This document shows positions 31,701-45,099 of a stretch of DNA of 64,000 nt, one piece after another. Position numbers and translations under genes: made by a program. This DNA is from Amphiscolops sp. MND2022 (Eukaryota). Every line of letters starts with the position of its first letter. Positions within the stretch are counted from its first letter, which is position 1. Location: contig OZ076409.1 in NCBI GenBank assembly GCA_964187785.1, forward strand, positions 92,258,001 through 92,322,000. The letters run 5' to 3'. The notes under the pieces were generated by a model. The model was not told where the DNA came from. It did no database searches and saw only the letters and a program-made list of their open reading frames with translations.

Positions 31701-34464
31701 CTGTGGTAATCTGATCGGACACTGCACGACTCTTACCGTGGCTACTTTTTTTTCGTCGAATCAATGCGATCGGTCCACTTTTTTTTGTTAATTTGTTCAA
31801 CATCATCAACTTGAACTACTGACTTCCAAAACATATTCGAAACGCCAGAACCTCGTCCAAAACAAAAACATCGACGTCGACAACCTCGAAAACATAGGAA
31901 CTCCTTTGGTGTTTTTCACTCGGATTTTTTGGCACTTTGCGACTTTTTTGAACTTTTTGGATTCCACCAAAGGGTCTTCACCTCGTTTGTTTCGATATTT
32001 TGCCTTACAATGGATGTCAAACTATCCCGAATGGTCCCCCTTTTACATTTGTGGGCACTGTGACACTGTTCAAAAGTCTGAATAAAGTTTTCCCGGGAAG
32101 TTCTTAAAATCTCTTAAATGCCCCCCTTCGAAATTTTGCATCTTTTGCAAAACTGGGGCTCCACAAAGCCTAAAGGGTCCCTTTGTACAATATTGTGCCT
32201 TAGATAATGCTCCGACTGTGGCGATTCCCGGCTTGTTCACTAACGAAGAGGTTTAATGGCAGTAAGCCAAATTGTTCCGAGTGCAGTTTTGTTAAAGTTG
32301 ATGCATTTCTGTGTGACAAACGAAGCAGTCAAACAAATCTTCGTTGTTTTGAAAGTTCTCATTACAAGTGAAGCACCAGTAAGAGGCAGACTTCTTTAGC
32401 ACGTGTGTTATGAGAACTCATTGATTGAACATAGGCAGGTAGGTAGGCTTCGAGCCAGACACTCAAAAAGCTAACCTTTTAGAGTAGTTCGGTTTTTGTG
32501 ATATGCTTGTCTGTCGGTTGCAGTTGTTCTCTTTGTCCTGGATCACAAGGTTTGAAAACACGTGCGATCAGGGGATAGTAATGTAGTATCAATGAGAATG
32601 TTCGATTGTTGGAGCGAGCCGTTGAGTTGCTCCGATTTGCTGATAATAATGTAATGTCAACAACAATGGTTGTGTGGCAGATCGAAGATTCTTGGTGTTA
32701 CGTTGCGTTGACAGTAAAGATTTGGTATAGACTTGAGAGTTTTATCAGTTGATTTAGGTACAGAGGTGTATCGTTATTGGTACTGTGCTTCGAAAACGAG
32801 TTGTTGATTAAGCTGTGTTGACTGACATCTTGACAGAATTCGTTTAATTCTATGGGTCTGGTCTCCGGTGTTGCGTTTTCAGAGTTTACTCCACTTAAAC
32901 CCTGATTCAGGTCACAAGACGTCTTGTCAGTCAACGAGTCTATTTTAGAAGACAAACTTTCTATCATTTTTAGTATTTCTCGCTGTCCAGTTTCTGTGTC
33001 CTTAATCCGTTTATTCACAGACTTTTCGATTTTTTCTCTCAAATCTGCGATGTCCTTGTCAGAAATGCTGGGGACGTTTCCTGTCCTCATGCTCGAACAC
33101 TCTGGTTCATCTATTGAACTAGTGATTGATACACGTCTGGCGTTTCTCTTAGAACTTCGCTCGGGCATACTGCTCGGAATAGATCTCAAAATATCTTAAG
33201 AAATAATTCAAATTGACTGGTGAACAGAGAAAAATGCAGAATGCAAAATGATAATTGTCGTTTAATTGGCAAGTAATCAATTCACAACGAATCAAATTTT
33301 CAACTAATAATGGCTTCCAAATTTCAACAAATTTATACCTTTCCCTCTCCGAAGAGCGGGGAAAACACAACAACATTTCACATGCCGTTCAGCCCGGCGT
33401 CCATCCCAAGCGGGGGAACCGGATGCTCAGTTCCCCTTTGTCGAACTCAGACCTTCAACTTGTTCATGCTTTCCGAAGAAAGCACCCGTCCACTTCCTGT
33501 CTGAGTTGCGACTCCGCTTCCCTTCGCCTTCAATTTCCCGCTTTTTCAAGACGCCGAAGCTGAACTTGGCAAAGCGAAAGCGATGAATCATCAAAAGTAC
33601 TGCAAATTGAGTATGAGAATTTGGAAAAGGAATGACACTCAATATTTTACAAAGATATTTCTTAGGTTATTAAAAGTAGCATCGTTCTAGCTTCGGATTG
33701 ACAAAATCGCACACAGGAAATAAATGAGTAAGTAGGACTGTTTATGCGATGTTTACAATGCTGATTTGGCTGGAAATTACGAGGCATTAGTGCCAGGCCG
33801 TAGTCCGGGACGTACAAATTTACTTGAGGAGAAAAGAAAAAATACTGGCGACGAATATTATGGAAAGCATTGTCTTGGTAGATAGTTAACGTAATTCAAC
33901 AGCAACAAGTTCGGGGAATAGGAAATACATGTTATTAATGTGTACAATATTATTTAACACTAAATCCTGGGCCCAGGCTGAGGTCCAGGCTTGTTTGTTA
34001 ATCAATCACGATTTACATGCAAAAAAATCAATATATGTAATATTTAACCGACAATATCATTCATGAACACCTTTAATAAGCTCCAGGTTTATTCCTGAAC
34101 GAAATTACATGATAACATCAACGTTTTCCACTTTTATAATTAACTTGGTACATAATCATTTTCAGGTCGCATCCCAGGCCGCGGTCCATCGTATTCAGTG
34201 CATTTAGTATGAAAGGTCTATTATTAGAACAATTGCACTCATATCGTCATTTAGTCACTGCAGAGGGTATTAAAACGTTTACATGTATTCACTAGCACAT
34301 TTAATTCAGTCGCGTTGTGCTTAGCAGCGTGGTTTATTCTCAGGCCGCGTCCCAGGCCGGTGCTTCACAGCCTGAATTTGAGGCCGACTGCGAGGCCCCA
34401 GTCTCGCTATAAAATTGTTTGGTCGCTCGTTAGGCGGTGTGGTTCACATATTAACTGTAGCAGT

Positions 34465-34465
<1 letters not shown>

Positions 34466-34518
<53 letters not shown>
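34466..34518. repeat. (TTA)n microsatellite
   Basis: About 17 perfect TTA units. Confidence 0.97.
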
Positions 34519-34521
<3 letters not shown>

Positions 34522-34701
34522 GCATAATAGCTCCGTTATGCTGTGAGTACGTATATATATCTATGTATGTGTATAATTGTATAAATACTAATATAAATGT
34601 ATGTATATTTTTATTCAATCATTTATGTTGCACATTATATTATTTAGCGCCATTGTTTCAGGTTGTATGGATTGGACTGATTGTTTTCTGGTTATTTGTT
34701 T

Positions 34702-35325
34702 TCATTTCTCTTTCTTCCATTTCCTAATTAATTCTTCGAAGACTGGGTTGGTTCTGCTGCAGTACTCACAGGTCAAGTGGGGCTGTGACAGTCCTCGGCT
34801 TCTTTGCCCAGTTCCCTCGGGAAGAAGAAATTGCGAAATGGATCGTATCGGTGTATCAAACAGAGTAGGGAGGTCATCTCTCATTGAATCGTATGATCGC
34901 CATGAAGAGCTGCTTTCCCAACTGCTGCCTGACCAGTAGCCTTCTGACCTGCTGTCGGTCTCACTGATCGGGCTCATAGGACTGCCGAAGATATAGTCAG
35001 GGCTGTATTGGTCTGCTTGATTGAACCGTCTGATTGGGCTCACGAATTCATCGTCTGCTATAACCGGATTGTCTGTAGTAAATCTTCAAACTACTCCTTG
35101 TTCGTTTTCAGCGTTAATTGGAGTGACAAGCGGTTGCTCATGGACAAGGACGACCTGTAGATCTTCCGTTTTAATTATTTCATAAGTACTAGTAAGCTGC
35201 GTTGGATTGATAATATTATAATTAGGCGGCGGTGTATTGGGCCTTTGTCTTGGCTGTGCTGGCTGACCTCGTTCGACAATAAAGACGTATTCATTAGTTT
35301 GATCGCTAGAGTTGGAATTATACAT
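34702..35325 (-). pseudogene. Second small accessory ORF of element 2 (about 207 codons with one in-frame TGA)
   Basis: ORFs 35086-35325 and 34702-35043 are in the same frame, separated only by TGA at 35086-35088. Pro/Ser-rich, with a C-terminal HLTCEYC. Confidence 0.45.
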
Positions 35326-35555
35326 TTTGTTTGATTAGCAAGCTGATTGTTAGTTGATTAGGAATATAACCGACTAATCCGCGTCCTGAAATCTGTTCAC
35401 ACCATTTGTGTTGAGCTTGTTGAATTGTTCAGCTGGCAGACTGAACAACTCTCCCTATATAGTAGATAACTTCTAGTATTGATATTTCCATTGATTTTAC
35501 GCCACATCTTCATTGTGTTACTGTATTTGGTGTTTCTTTCAGAAAGTTTTGAAGT

Positions 35556-38500
35556 ATGAGTTCGACAGAAGAAGACAACGCTCTATTGCGCCAAAGTCAG
35601 GAAGTCGGAGTGAGGGAGAGTGAAATAGGAAGGGAATCTGTCGTTGAGTCTGTGGTTCGTGGAAGGAATGGAGTAGATGATGGTGGTGAAGAGGATGGGA
35701 ACATTGAGGCTGGTGATGTTGATAATCAGTTGGAGTCTGAAGAGACAGGTGGACTTGAAGCTAGTGACGCGGTCGTGCCAGGCTTTGGTGAGAAAGATGT
35801 TCACAGCGACGATGATGAAGAAGAGGTTGGTAGCTGTGCTGTGACCGGTTCTTTCCATTCCGCTACCAGTGAGGATCGCCATGAAATCGACTACTTGGCA
35901 ATTTAAAAAGGTAAACTTTTCTAGAACTTTATGGGTGGCCGGCCCTTTCTAGGTTTCATTTGTGAACGCGTTCTTTTTCATCTACCTTCTATAGCTACTG
36001 ACGATGAAGCTGACAATGACTACGTTCCGAATCGTCGTACCAGGTCCCAGAGCAAGAAAACCCAGCGGTCGAGTCGTCTGTTGTCAACTGGGAGTGTGCG
36101 ATCCGCGAAACGAGTTCGGTTGGCAGACGTTATATCTGGGTCTGTCTCCAGGCCACCGCCTTTGTATGGCAGCTCTGGTGATGACTATTTGCCTCCCATG
36201 ATTTCTGCTTCTCGTACTCTTGAAGGTAGGTATCCAGTCTTCATTCTTGTGTCATATGGAGGATGTATTGGTGTGATGTGTTTTTTTGCAGAATGTGTTT
36301 TCCATATGTTGCTTTTATTGTAGTCCTTGACACGGAGGCTGGGCCGAGGGTTCATTCTTCTGAGGACAGCGATGTGTTCGTGTGCGAGGATGCTGTTGAT
36401 ACACCTGCCGTAGAAAGTGGTGTCAGCTCGGTGTTACCTGCAGAGGCCCCCGTCATTCCAGAACTCAGCAAGGGCGTAACGCTGTAGGGGTGGAGGCGTC
36501 AGTCGTGTACAATGACTGGGATAACGGTACGTTGGTATTCATTCGTTTTGGACTTTATGTCATTACTTTGGGTTTTGTAGTTGTTTGTTCTTTGATAGTC
36601 GAGTTTCTGTATTCTGTATTGTTGGTAACCCGTACGTGTTTGTTGTCAGCTGGTTTGGAGTCTGTCCCTCCCACGTCGCCCATGGTGATGTCAGCTGCCC
36701 AGTGTGTACTGTTGGCTCGGAGTGCTGCTCGGGCGGAACGTACTGAGACCCAGAAAGAGACGAAGACGTTAAGTAAACGTAAGTGTTTACCATGGGTTAC
36801 GTTTTGTTTCTCTAGTTGGTGTGACTGTTCTCCTGTGTTGTTTTCTTTCGCCTGTTGATTGGTTGTGTGACTGGTTTGGTGCTCTTCTCGTTGTTTTGTG
36901 CTCAGTGCTGGTTGTGTTTAGAATTTGAAGAGCTGTCCCGTTTGCTGAAGGGAAAAGGCATTGATGTGAACAACCCAGGCCTTGTCATTGACCCTCTTGA
37001 AGCTCGAAAAGAGAAGTTGTTAGCTCGCGATGAAGAACGTGCTAAAAAACAGACGGAGCGTCACGTGTTGACGAAGGCCATGAGTGATCATGCAAATCCC
37101 AGGCTGTTCGTTAGTCGGCGGAACGATAAGAGCCCGAAAGGCTTCAACTGTGCAATCTGCCGGAAGGCTGTTTCCTTTTTGTCTCGTGGTGCTCGTGGTA
37201 ATTGGAGACACTTTGAGTGTAAAGGCCACTATCTCAAGGATCGTCGATACCGTTACGACCATGAGGATGTGATCTTCACTGAGAAGTTTGATCCCATCCG
37301 TGTTGCAGACTTGTCAGCTGAATTACGAGCTGAGATTGAGGAAACTCCCCCTGTGGTGCTTGGCAGGATGAATAAGTTCATCGAAGACGAGGTGGATGCA
37401 TTGGTTGGCGTCCCTTCCAATGTGCCTCCAACTACGCTTGTGGGATGTTTATTCGAGCTTTTGCGGAGTGCTGGGTCTCAAGTGTTCCTGCGTCGGCTAT
37501 GGAATAAATTTAGGACCACCCTGCCTGTCGAAAGCCCGTATGCTTCTGTTACTTGGAGCAAGACTGAGACTCTGGTTGTCCTTGTGCAGACCTTATATCC
37601 TCGTGAAGTCGTGGCTAGGACATGGCCCTTTTAGCTTGGCGCTGCAGTCTTCATACTCTGGTGTGAGGTGCATCGTCCGTTGCTGTCCCGACGACTGCCT
37701 GCGCGAAGTGAATCTGTTTGACGAGGACCATGGTGCTGTTTCGTGTGAGTCGGAAATGCAGTGTGTGTCGCGAGTTCTGTCTTTGGTCTCGACCAGTCGG
37801 AGACCTGCGTCGATTGTGGGCTGTCCTCCTGTCCTTTTCAACGCCTATGTTGACTGGTGTCGGTCTGTAGGGCGTCCTGTGCCTCTTGTTGCCTTAACTT
37901 TCGGTCCTGATCTGTTACGTCGGTTGATTAGCGAATCCAGTTTTGTGTGTGTTGGGGCTGTGGATCCGTTTGCTGCCCTGGAGTATCTTGTGCAGCGTCT
38001 TAAACGTGTTCGCCATCAGGCGTGGTTGATGAATTTGCCTCAGTTACGTTTATGTCTGGAGTCCGGAGTCGTGCCTTTTGAGTCTCTGTGTGGAGTTTTG
38101 CAGGAGTTATTGGATAACTGGGCCGATGTAGAGATCTGTTTGTCAAATCTTATTGATGAAGAAAACAGTTAACGTGAGTGACCTGGACTCATTGTTGTGT
38201 TCAGACCGCTTGGGGTTACCTCGGTTGGCCTTACTGCACGTGATTCTGTTAAGCTATTGTTCAAACTTTAGGAAGCAGCAAGATTCAAATGTCCGGGATT
38301 ACGCTTGTCGCAACTTTACTGATTTTTGCTTCTTCTACTGGAGTCTTCTTGGTAAGGTGAAGAAGATCAGTCAGCTGCCATCTGTGGACAATTGGTTCGA
38401 ATATATTGATCAGCCCCTGACCAATTGGGCCAATGTTACTGCTGCTGAATGCCTTCAGTCGGGACCGAGTATCGTTGCTGCGTTGCGAGGTTTTGATGAC

Positions 38501-39364
38501 GCTCCTCGTCGATCATTTCTTAGAGATTGTCAGGTTATTTTGTTGGAGTTCTTGAAACAGCTTGGTTCATCCGCCTACGCTAATTCTCGTGTTGCCCGAT
38601 CGCTCAGCTGCTTGAGCGTTGACATGTTGTTGTGTGGTAGTGCGGAGTATGTCGCGGACATGTTCCAGGATTTAGTGGCATGCCTTCAAGAAGCCGGTTT
38701 TTTGAGTGGAGTGGATCGCGAGTCATCTGTGAATGAGCTCAAGTCTTTGGTTGTGGAACTCCGTGCGCGTCCGGGCGACCCTGCTCAGATTCCGGATGTA
38801 TTTGCCTATCTAGAGGCTAGTGAAATTTATCAGTGCCGAAGCCATATGAAACGCGTTGTCAGGTTGTTGCGGGTGATTGTGTGTCCTGCTCCCAGTGTTA
38901 TGCCTGCAGTGGATATTTCGACAAGCGGGATTGGCCTTCCAGCTTCTGTCGTGCGGTCTGGTCTCAGTGCTGTACAGTCTTTCGTTCTCCATCCGAAAGT
39001 TGTTTCGGATGATTTGTTGACAGTGGAGTGTTTGGAGGAGCTGAAAGTTAAACTGCCAGTTGGGCATCAGTTTCTTGCGCGTGCCTCTTTTGATATTTGT
39101 GCTGGAGTCAGTCGGTATGCCTGGAGAGACGTATTTGAGAGTCTGTTCCAGTGCTATAACGCGTATTATTCTGGTCAAGTCGAGGAGTGGCGGTCTCGTA
39201 TGCTAGCTGGGTCGTCCCGCGGTGATTGTTCTGGTACTGCTTCTGGTGCTGACACTATATCCCTGGCTGAGGCATCTGGTTCCGGGCAGGTTCCTCCGAG
39301 TTTGGCTGTACAGAAGGGGAAAAGGAGTCAGAAAAAAAGCCGCGAGCAGGGGAAAACTTGTTGA
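35556..39364 (+). pseudogene. Antisense spliced accessory gene of element 2, homolog of 12992-17681 (BED finger plus dead hAT-like body), disrupted
   Basis: Predicted exons 35556-35910, 35995-36225, 36324-36526, 36650-36778, 36922-39364 (phase-1 GT-AG introns). Stop at 35904; frameshifts near 36487, 37604 and 38160. Zinc finger: FNCAICRKAVSFLSRGARGNWRHFECKGHY. Confidence 0.8.
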
Positions 39365-39698
39365 AACTTTTATTATTTTGATGAAACTGATAGATTTGTA
39401 TTTTGATTGCTTCTTCTGATCTGTTGTCCATTTTGTTTTGGTATTATTCAGTTCCGCAAGTCGGTTCCATGGAAGAGAGAAAGAAAAAAATCATGCTCTT
39501 ATAATATGGAGCGAGAGGAAAAAAATACGAGGCAGCTCAATGATCCGTCGGGTCAGTCAATTTAGTATTTAGCCTCTGTATTGTTTTCATCCAAGTTGTA
39601 GAGTAGTAGAGTGTAAGAGAGAAAAAGAGCAATTATGAGTTGAGGAGATTTGAATTTGAGTCACAGTATAGCTGTCCAGGTTAGCGCCTGGGGCCTTT

Positions 39699-42447
39699 TC
39701 AATTTTCTGATCTCAGGCCACCGTCAGGGCCGAGGTCTGCTAAAACTTGTATTTCTGGGCTGTCGTCTGGCCCGTGATTCAGGATTATCGAGTTGTTTGG
39801 ATTGACTTCTATAGGGTTGTCGTAAGCGAAACCCGGCTTCCATTTTGATGTCGGGATTTGTCGAAGGTTGTACTTTGATTTCCGGGGGGATTTACGGGTG
39901 GGTGCGGGATCTTTAGGTTCATCGGCTATGTCTAGGGTTAGGTCATCTGCCTGGGCTTCCGGGTGATTGATAATGTTTTCAGGTTCGGGCATTGGGTCGG
40001 GGTGGGTGGTTTCGTCGGCTGTTTCTGGGTTTGGCGGTATCAATTTGGGATCGAGTGACGGGGTGTTTCCGAGATGGGTAGGGTCTTTTTGGTAAAGCTC
40101 TTGCCAAGCTAAGGCGTATAGGTCGTCATATTGTATGATAACTTCGTTATCTTGCTGGAAATCCTAGAGGGGTGTGGAGATGTCAGGCAGTTTGTGTGTA
40201 ATCTTAAATGGTCTGAGCCTGATTCTATGTAGGATCTGTGTGAGATTTGTCTGAAGTTTTCGAACTAAATAATTGTTGTTTGGTAGAGTCTTGACCACGA
40301 TATATGGTCCCGTCCAAAGGTAGTCCCTAAACGGCAGTTTTGTTGATTGGCTATGCGCCTTTGGATGCAATGCTAGCAGTAGTCGTTTACTACCAAGGGG
40401 TTGGCGGAGGCCTTCTTGTCGTAATAGAGTTTGTGGCGAACGTAGGCCTGCATCAGTGACTGTTGTGTCTGCTCAACGATTTCTTTTGTCTGTCGGAGCA
40501 CTCCTTCACCAATTTCACTGTTGGTTGGGGCAGGATTTTGTGTTTTGAGTCCGTATTTCAGATCAAGTACATTGTAGGGGACTCTTCCGTGGAACACTCT
40601 GCTGGGCTCACAGCCCAGGGACGTGTGATATGAGGTATTGTAGTTTAATACCGCCATTGGTGAAAATTGATGCCACATTGTACGCCTTTCCCCTGTCATA
40701 AATTTGAGGCTCTCTTTCAATGAGGCGTGAGTTCGTTCCAGGATGCTTATCGTTTGGGCATGTTTTGTGGTAGCATGCCTCAATTTGATTCCCAGAGCTG
40801 TAGTGATTTGTTGCATGGATTCCGCTACAAATTGGGACCCTTTGTCTGTGATGATGGTTGTGGGGAGGTAGCTGTGTCGAGTAATGATGTCTATTAGGAC
40901 TCTGGTGACGGTTCTGGTGTCAACTCTAGCGACACTGTATGCAAATAGGTATCGGGAGCAGACGTCCATAGTGGTAATAACCGCATTGTATCCTCCTGAT
41001 GGGTCGTCAAATGGGACTATGTCCATTTGGAGCGCGTCCTCAGGCCCCATTGCTAGTTGTGACATATCAATTAAAGCGGGGTGATACTACTGTTTGGGGT
41101 TCTCTTTGTTTGGGCGCATTGTCTGCAGAATGAGATGTGGTTGGCTATTTTGGCAGCGAGTCCTGGAAAATAGTACTTTTCACGGCATTGTTGGATGGTT
41201 TTGGCTATCCCTGGGTGTTTGCCATACTTTCCATGATGGTGTTGGATGAATTCGTCGACCAGCTGTTGAGGAAGTAGCACCTGTAAGTCTTTTACTTTCC
41301 CATTGTCTCCGAAGTATTGTCTGTACAGTAGCCCATCTTTGATGATGATTCTGTCTTCTTGGGTTAAGTATTTGGCTGCTCTGGGATCGTCGTTCAGAAG
41401 TTGGGTGTCGTACGGCTCCTTTAACATTTTCAGTTTGAGATTTCGGAGGACAGGGTCCTGGTCCTGGTGCGGTCTCAGACTGCGTAGGAAGCTTGTGTCG
41501 CTGTGAAGTTGGCGCCTTTGTTCTTGTTCTGGTTCTTGGATTTTATTGCAGACTAATGGTAAGTTCTCCGTTTGAGAGTTTGTCTCATTTGTCGCGGCTG
41601 GTGAGTCATTTTGGTGTTCTTGGGGGCTGTATATTTTCTTGCGTGCTCTTTGTTTTCGCTCCCAGATATCTTCTTCTGTCTAGGAGTCGTCTTCCTGTAA
41701 AAAGTAGAACTGGTCTTGCTCATGAATGTCGGAGGATTGAATGTTCACCTGAAAGGGTGTTGTTTCAATGTCTTCCCTGACTTGGAGAAGGACTTTTTCT
41801 TTGGGGCTGATGTCCAATCGGGAGAGGAAGTCGGCCGCTGTGTTAATCCGTCCTGGTACATGGGCGATTTTGAAGTGAAATTGGAGTACAAAGTCGCAGG
41901 CGTTCCACAAGGAGGAAGGAATCATTTTGGTTTGGAAAAATCTCGTGACTGACTTGTTGTCTGTCAGGACAATGATTGGTTTGGTGGACCCCCACAAGAT
42001 ATGGCTATACTCCATGAAGGCAAAGTAGATGGCCAAAAACTCCTTGACATAAATTGACATTTTCAATTGTGACGGGGAGAAGGTTTTGGATCCAAATGCT
42101 ACAGGGGCATAGGTTTTCTTGGTGGAAGTGATCTTCTGTTCTGGGTCCTCTTCGGTCTTTAGGGCGTATCCGGCGTTTTTGAAGTTGGCGTCAGTGATCA
42201 AGACGTACTGTGTTTGGCAGTGGCCGTTGTCCAATGACCTGTTGATGGCTTCGAAGTTGGATATAAGTTCCTGGTCGATTTTTGCTGGCTTGTCAGATTT
42301 TATGAGTTCGTGGAAAGGAGCGATCTTCTCTGATAATCGGGGGATATAGATTCTGTAATAATTTACAAATCCGATGTATCTTTGAAGTCCTTTCTTTGTT
42401 CGGGGGAATTTGAGCGTTTGCAAGTACTTCTGGATTTTGTGGCTTTA
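39699..42447 (-). pseudogene. pol: pol remnant of element 2 (RT connection, RNase H, integrase)
   Basis: ORF pieces 41680-42423, 41071-41427, 40373-41065, 40164-40370 and 39699-40043, separated by stops and frameshifts. Confidence 0.92.
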
Positions 42448-44297
42448 AGCTGGTCCCGGTTTTAGCTAGAACCCAAAGTCCGTGAACAAGTCAAAAGCCG
42501 TTTAGAGCTATCTCAAGTCTTAAGCACTGAAGATCACAAGAATTAACGAGTGCTACGATCTGCTTACAATACTATCACACCCCACAAAAAAAAACAATTA
42601 TCTGAGCACGTCCGAGCAGGGCAATGATGTTCTCGTTCAGAGATACAAAGCTTTGCGTCAATCGAGTGATCTCGAAATCTGATATCTGGGTGTAGTCCTA
42701 CATTACTATCCGAACTTGGGGAACGTCTCAAAAACAAGAGGCATGAAGCACAGAAGTCAAGAGCTGCGCAAATAGGCTAAGCGAAAAAGAGAGGACAACT
42801 GAAGGTGAGCTTTTACAGTCTTCGACTCGGATCCGCTGTTGTCAACTCATAATTGCTTTCCAAACTAAAGGTGAGCTTTTAGAATCCTGGACTGAAAGCT
42901 CCATCAGTAATTTTTGTCCATTACAACGCAAACTGTTCGATTTGCAGTTTTTCGAATAGCATAGGATCACCACGTTCAATGGGTAAGCAAGAATTGACCC
43001 TCGAATACCCTGATCAAGCACTTTTGTGGCTCAAGGTGTTCGAGACGCGGGCGCGTGGTAAAAAAAGAGACATCGACGCAACACTTGAGTCGCTGCCGTA
43101 GCAAAAAATTATCAAGTGACCAATCGCTGCAAAAGCCAATGCGGCCTCGAAAGGTTGATATCTCTCAGTAGCTTCGCCGCACCCAAAATTGTTGTGCACC
43201 CCAAAAAAGTCATGATACTTGTAGACATCCGTAATGATCTCAAAAGCTACGTGAAACCACAAGAGAGATAGATTAGTGGTTGCAGAACGCACTGGCTTCC
43301 TTCAGATGAGATGTCCCAATGGGGAGAAGAAGCAGAAACCGACTTCCTTGCTGGGCTCCGAGAGTTTATCGATCTCAACGCTTCTACGGATCTTGATGCT
43401 GAATTAATCCTATTACAGCTTATCACCAGACTAGGAGGCAGCGAATCCAAGCTGAATTTGCTTGAGGCACTCAGAGCAAACAAAAACTTCACTTAAATAC
43501 GCCGGTTAGTTGTCATATCTTAATTTTCATTCAAAGTCCTCGATCAATGTAGTAATTGGAAAGTGATCAATCATAGACTTGATGACAAAACAACTTTGAG
43601 AGAAGGTGCTGATTCTATCACTAAAAGGATCCTCGGAGTTTTAGCAACCACACATGTAAAAGCTGACGGGGCTTGGGAGAAGTTCCGACGCGCAGTAGAC
43701 ATAGGGATGCCAGACATTTCAACACTGGACCGAACGGACGTCGAGCACTCCACAATCACCTTGATTTATGGTCGAACAAGGGTTCAGGCGAAGTTTCAAA
43801 ACGTGAGTGTGGCAACGTGAATGAATCTTGTGAAAACTACTCGAGGATGAAATTCTTTCCCATTGAGGAGATAGAGCGCGGTAACGAAGGCATTCAAAGT
43901 TCCATCAGAAGCTTCACTGAAGAAGAAGATACCGATGTGGGCGACAATGACTAAGAATTACAAACAGGAGCCAGTCGCAGCATCCACGAGCGTAAGTCAC
44001 ACTTTCACTGACCATTTCAGTATCATTTTTCACTGACTTCGTAGTAATCGAATCAGATCTTGCAATCTTTGGATAGTTCAACTATAACAATCTGCAGTTT
44101 TTCCTACTTACACGTTTTCTCGAGTTTTTCACTCATCTTTTGTTTCAGGAATACATCATCATTGACATTAAACGATTAAACGTAAAGGTTTGGATTCAGC
44201 TACTCTACCTTATGGCCGGGTATATCGAATTTTCAACAGAATCTGCATCAGCTACAAGAGCAGGTGAAATCTACTGAAAAGGTTGCAACAACCCAGG

Positions 44298-45050
44298 TGT
44301 GATTATCGGCTTCCCGTCTGTTTTCGTTTATTATAATTGTATCATATAAGCCACGTTTGAAATTTAAAAGGGGTTGATGGCTGGCGTAATTCATGCATTT
44401 CTGAGGACTGAAAACGATTATCCTGATTTCTATTTTTATCAGTTTCGTTCTTTGATGCGTGGTTTTTCCTGAGGAACCTATTTTCCGAATTTGAAGTGCT
44501 AGGGCTATTGTCCTCAGCATCCTTTTCATCATCTACCAAATTGTTTCCTTTGTTTGTTCTGATTTCTTTGAGTATCTCTTCGAATTTGCTTTTCAGCTGT
44601 TGCTCAATTTGTGTCATTTTGTGACTGTTTTGTTCAGACAATCTCTGGCTTATTGCTTCTATCTCATTACTGATTTGTGAAGGCTCTGTTAGTTGCTACC
44701 TAGGTTCCTGTCAAAAATATTTTTAACATTTTCAGAAACATCAACTAAAGTCGCATTACTTTGAGTAAAGCTTGTTTCTGGAGCATATTCGTCTCTGTCT
44801 GATGACTGAGATTCTATTCTCCTTGAACGTCTATTTCTCTTGTTTCCCATGATGAAAACAGTATTGGGCGTGAAAACATTTGAAATACAAAGATATTTGG
44901 GTAAAATGAAACCGTAGAAGTTATCTCTATAGAAAAAGAAAACTGCAGAGTTTGGGGATTGTGACTTGTTTGTGAAATTGAGTGACTGCGCTGTATGTGT
45001 GGCTTCTCGTGAATGATGGTTAGGAATATGATTTTAAGGGTCTCTCTTCA
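44298..45050 (-). mobile_element. Probable solo/partial LTR of another Gypsy family containing a decayed gag N-terminus
   Basis: MGNKRNRRSRRIESQSS... from ATG 44850, coiled coil 'KMTQIEQQLKSKFEEILKEIR'; the gag-like sequence ends at ..ATAATCACA (TGT at 44298). Same layout as the LTRs of elements 1 and 2. The distal boundary is not resolved. Confidence 0.5.
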
Positions 45051-45099
45051 AATGATTCCATTGGGTGGTATTTTTAGAGGCATGACCGTCAATTTTATG

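Larger units (their letters stand above)
32816..42447 (-). mobile_element. Decayed, 5'-truncated Gypsy element 2 (3' LTR, accessory region, RNase H-integrase)
   Basis: Pol remnants 39699-42447 are homologous to element 1 pol (TYAPVAFGSK, HATTKHAQT, WTGPY). The LTR end is TGTTG at 32816, with a gag-N-terminus-like ORF (about 33189-32816) inside it. The inner LTR boundary is tentative, near 33959. Confidence 0.8.

Noticed and set aside
42453..43950. Coding-like decayed segment (ORFs 43311-43954)
   Set aside because: No recognisable motif and fragmented; probably an old repeat but I cannot assign it.
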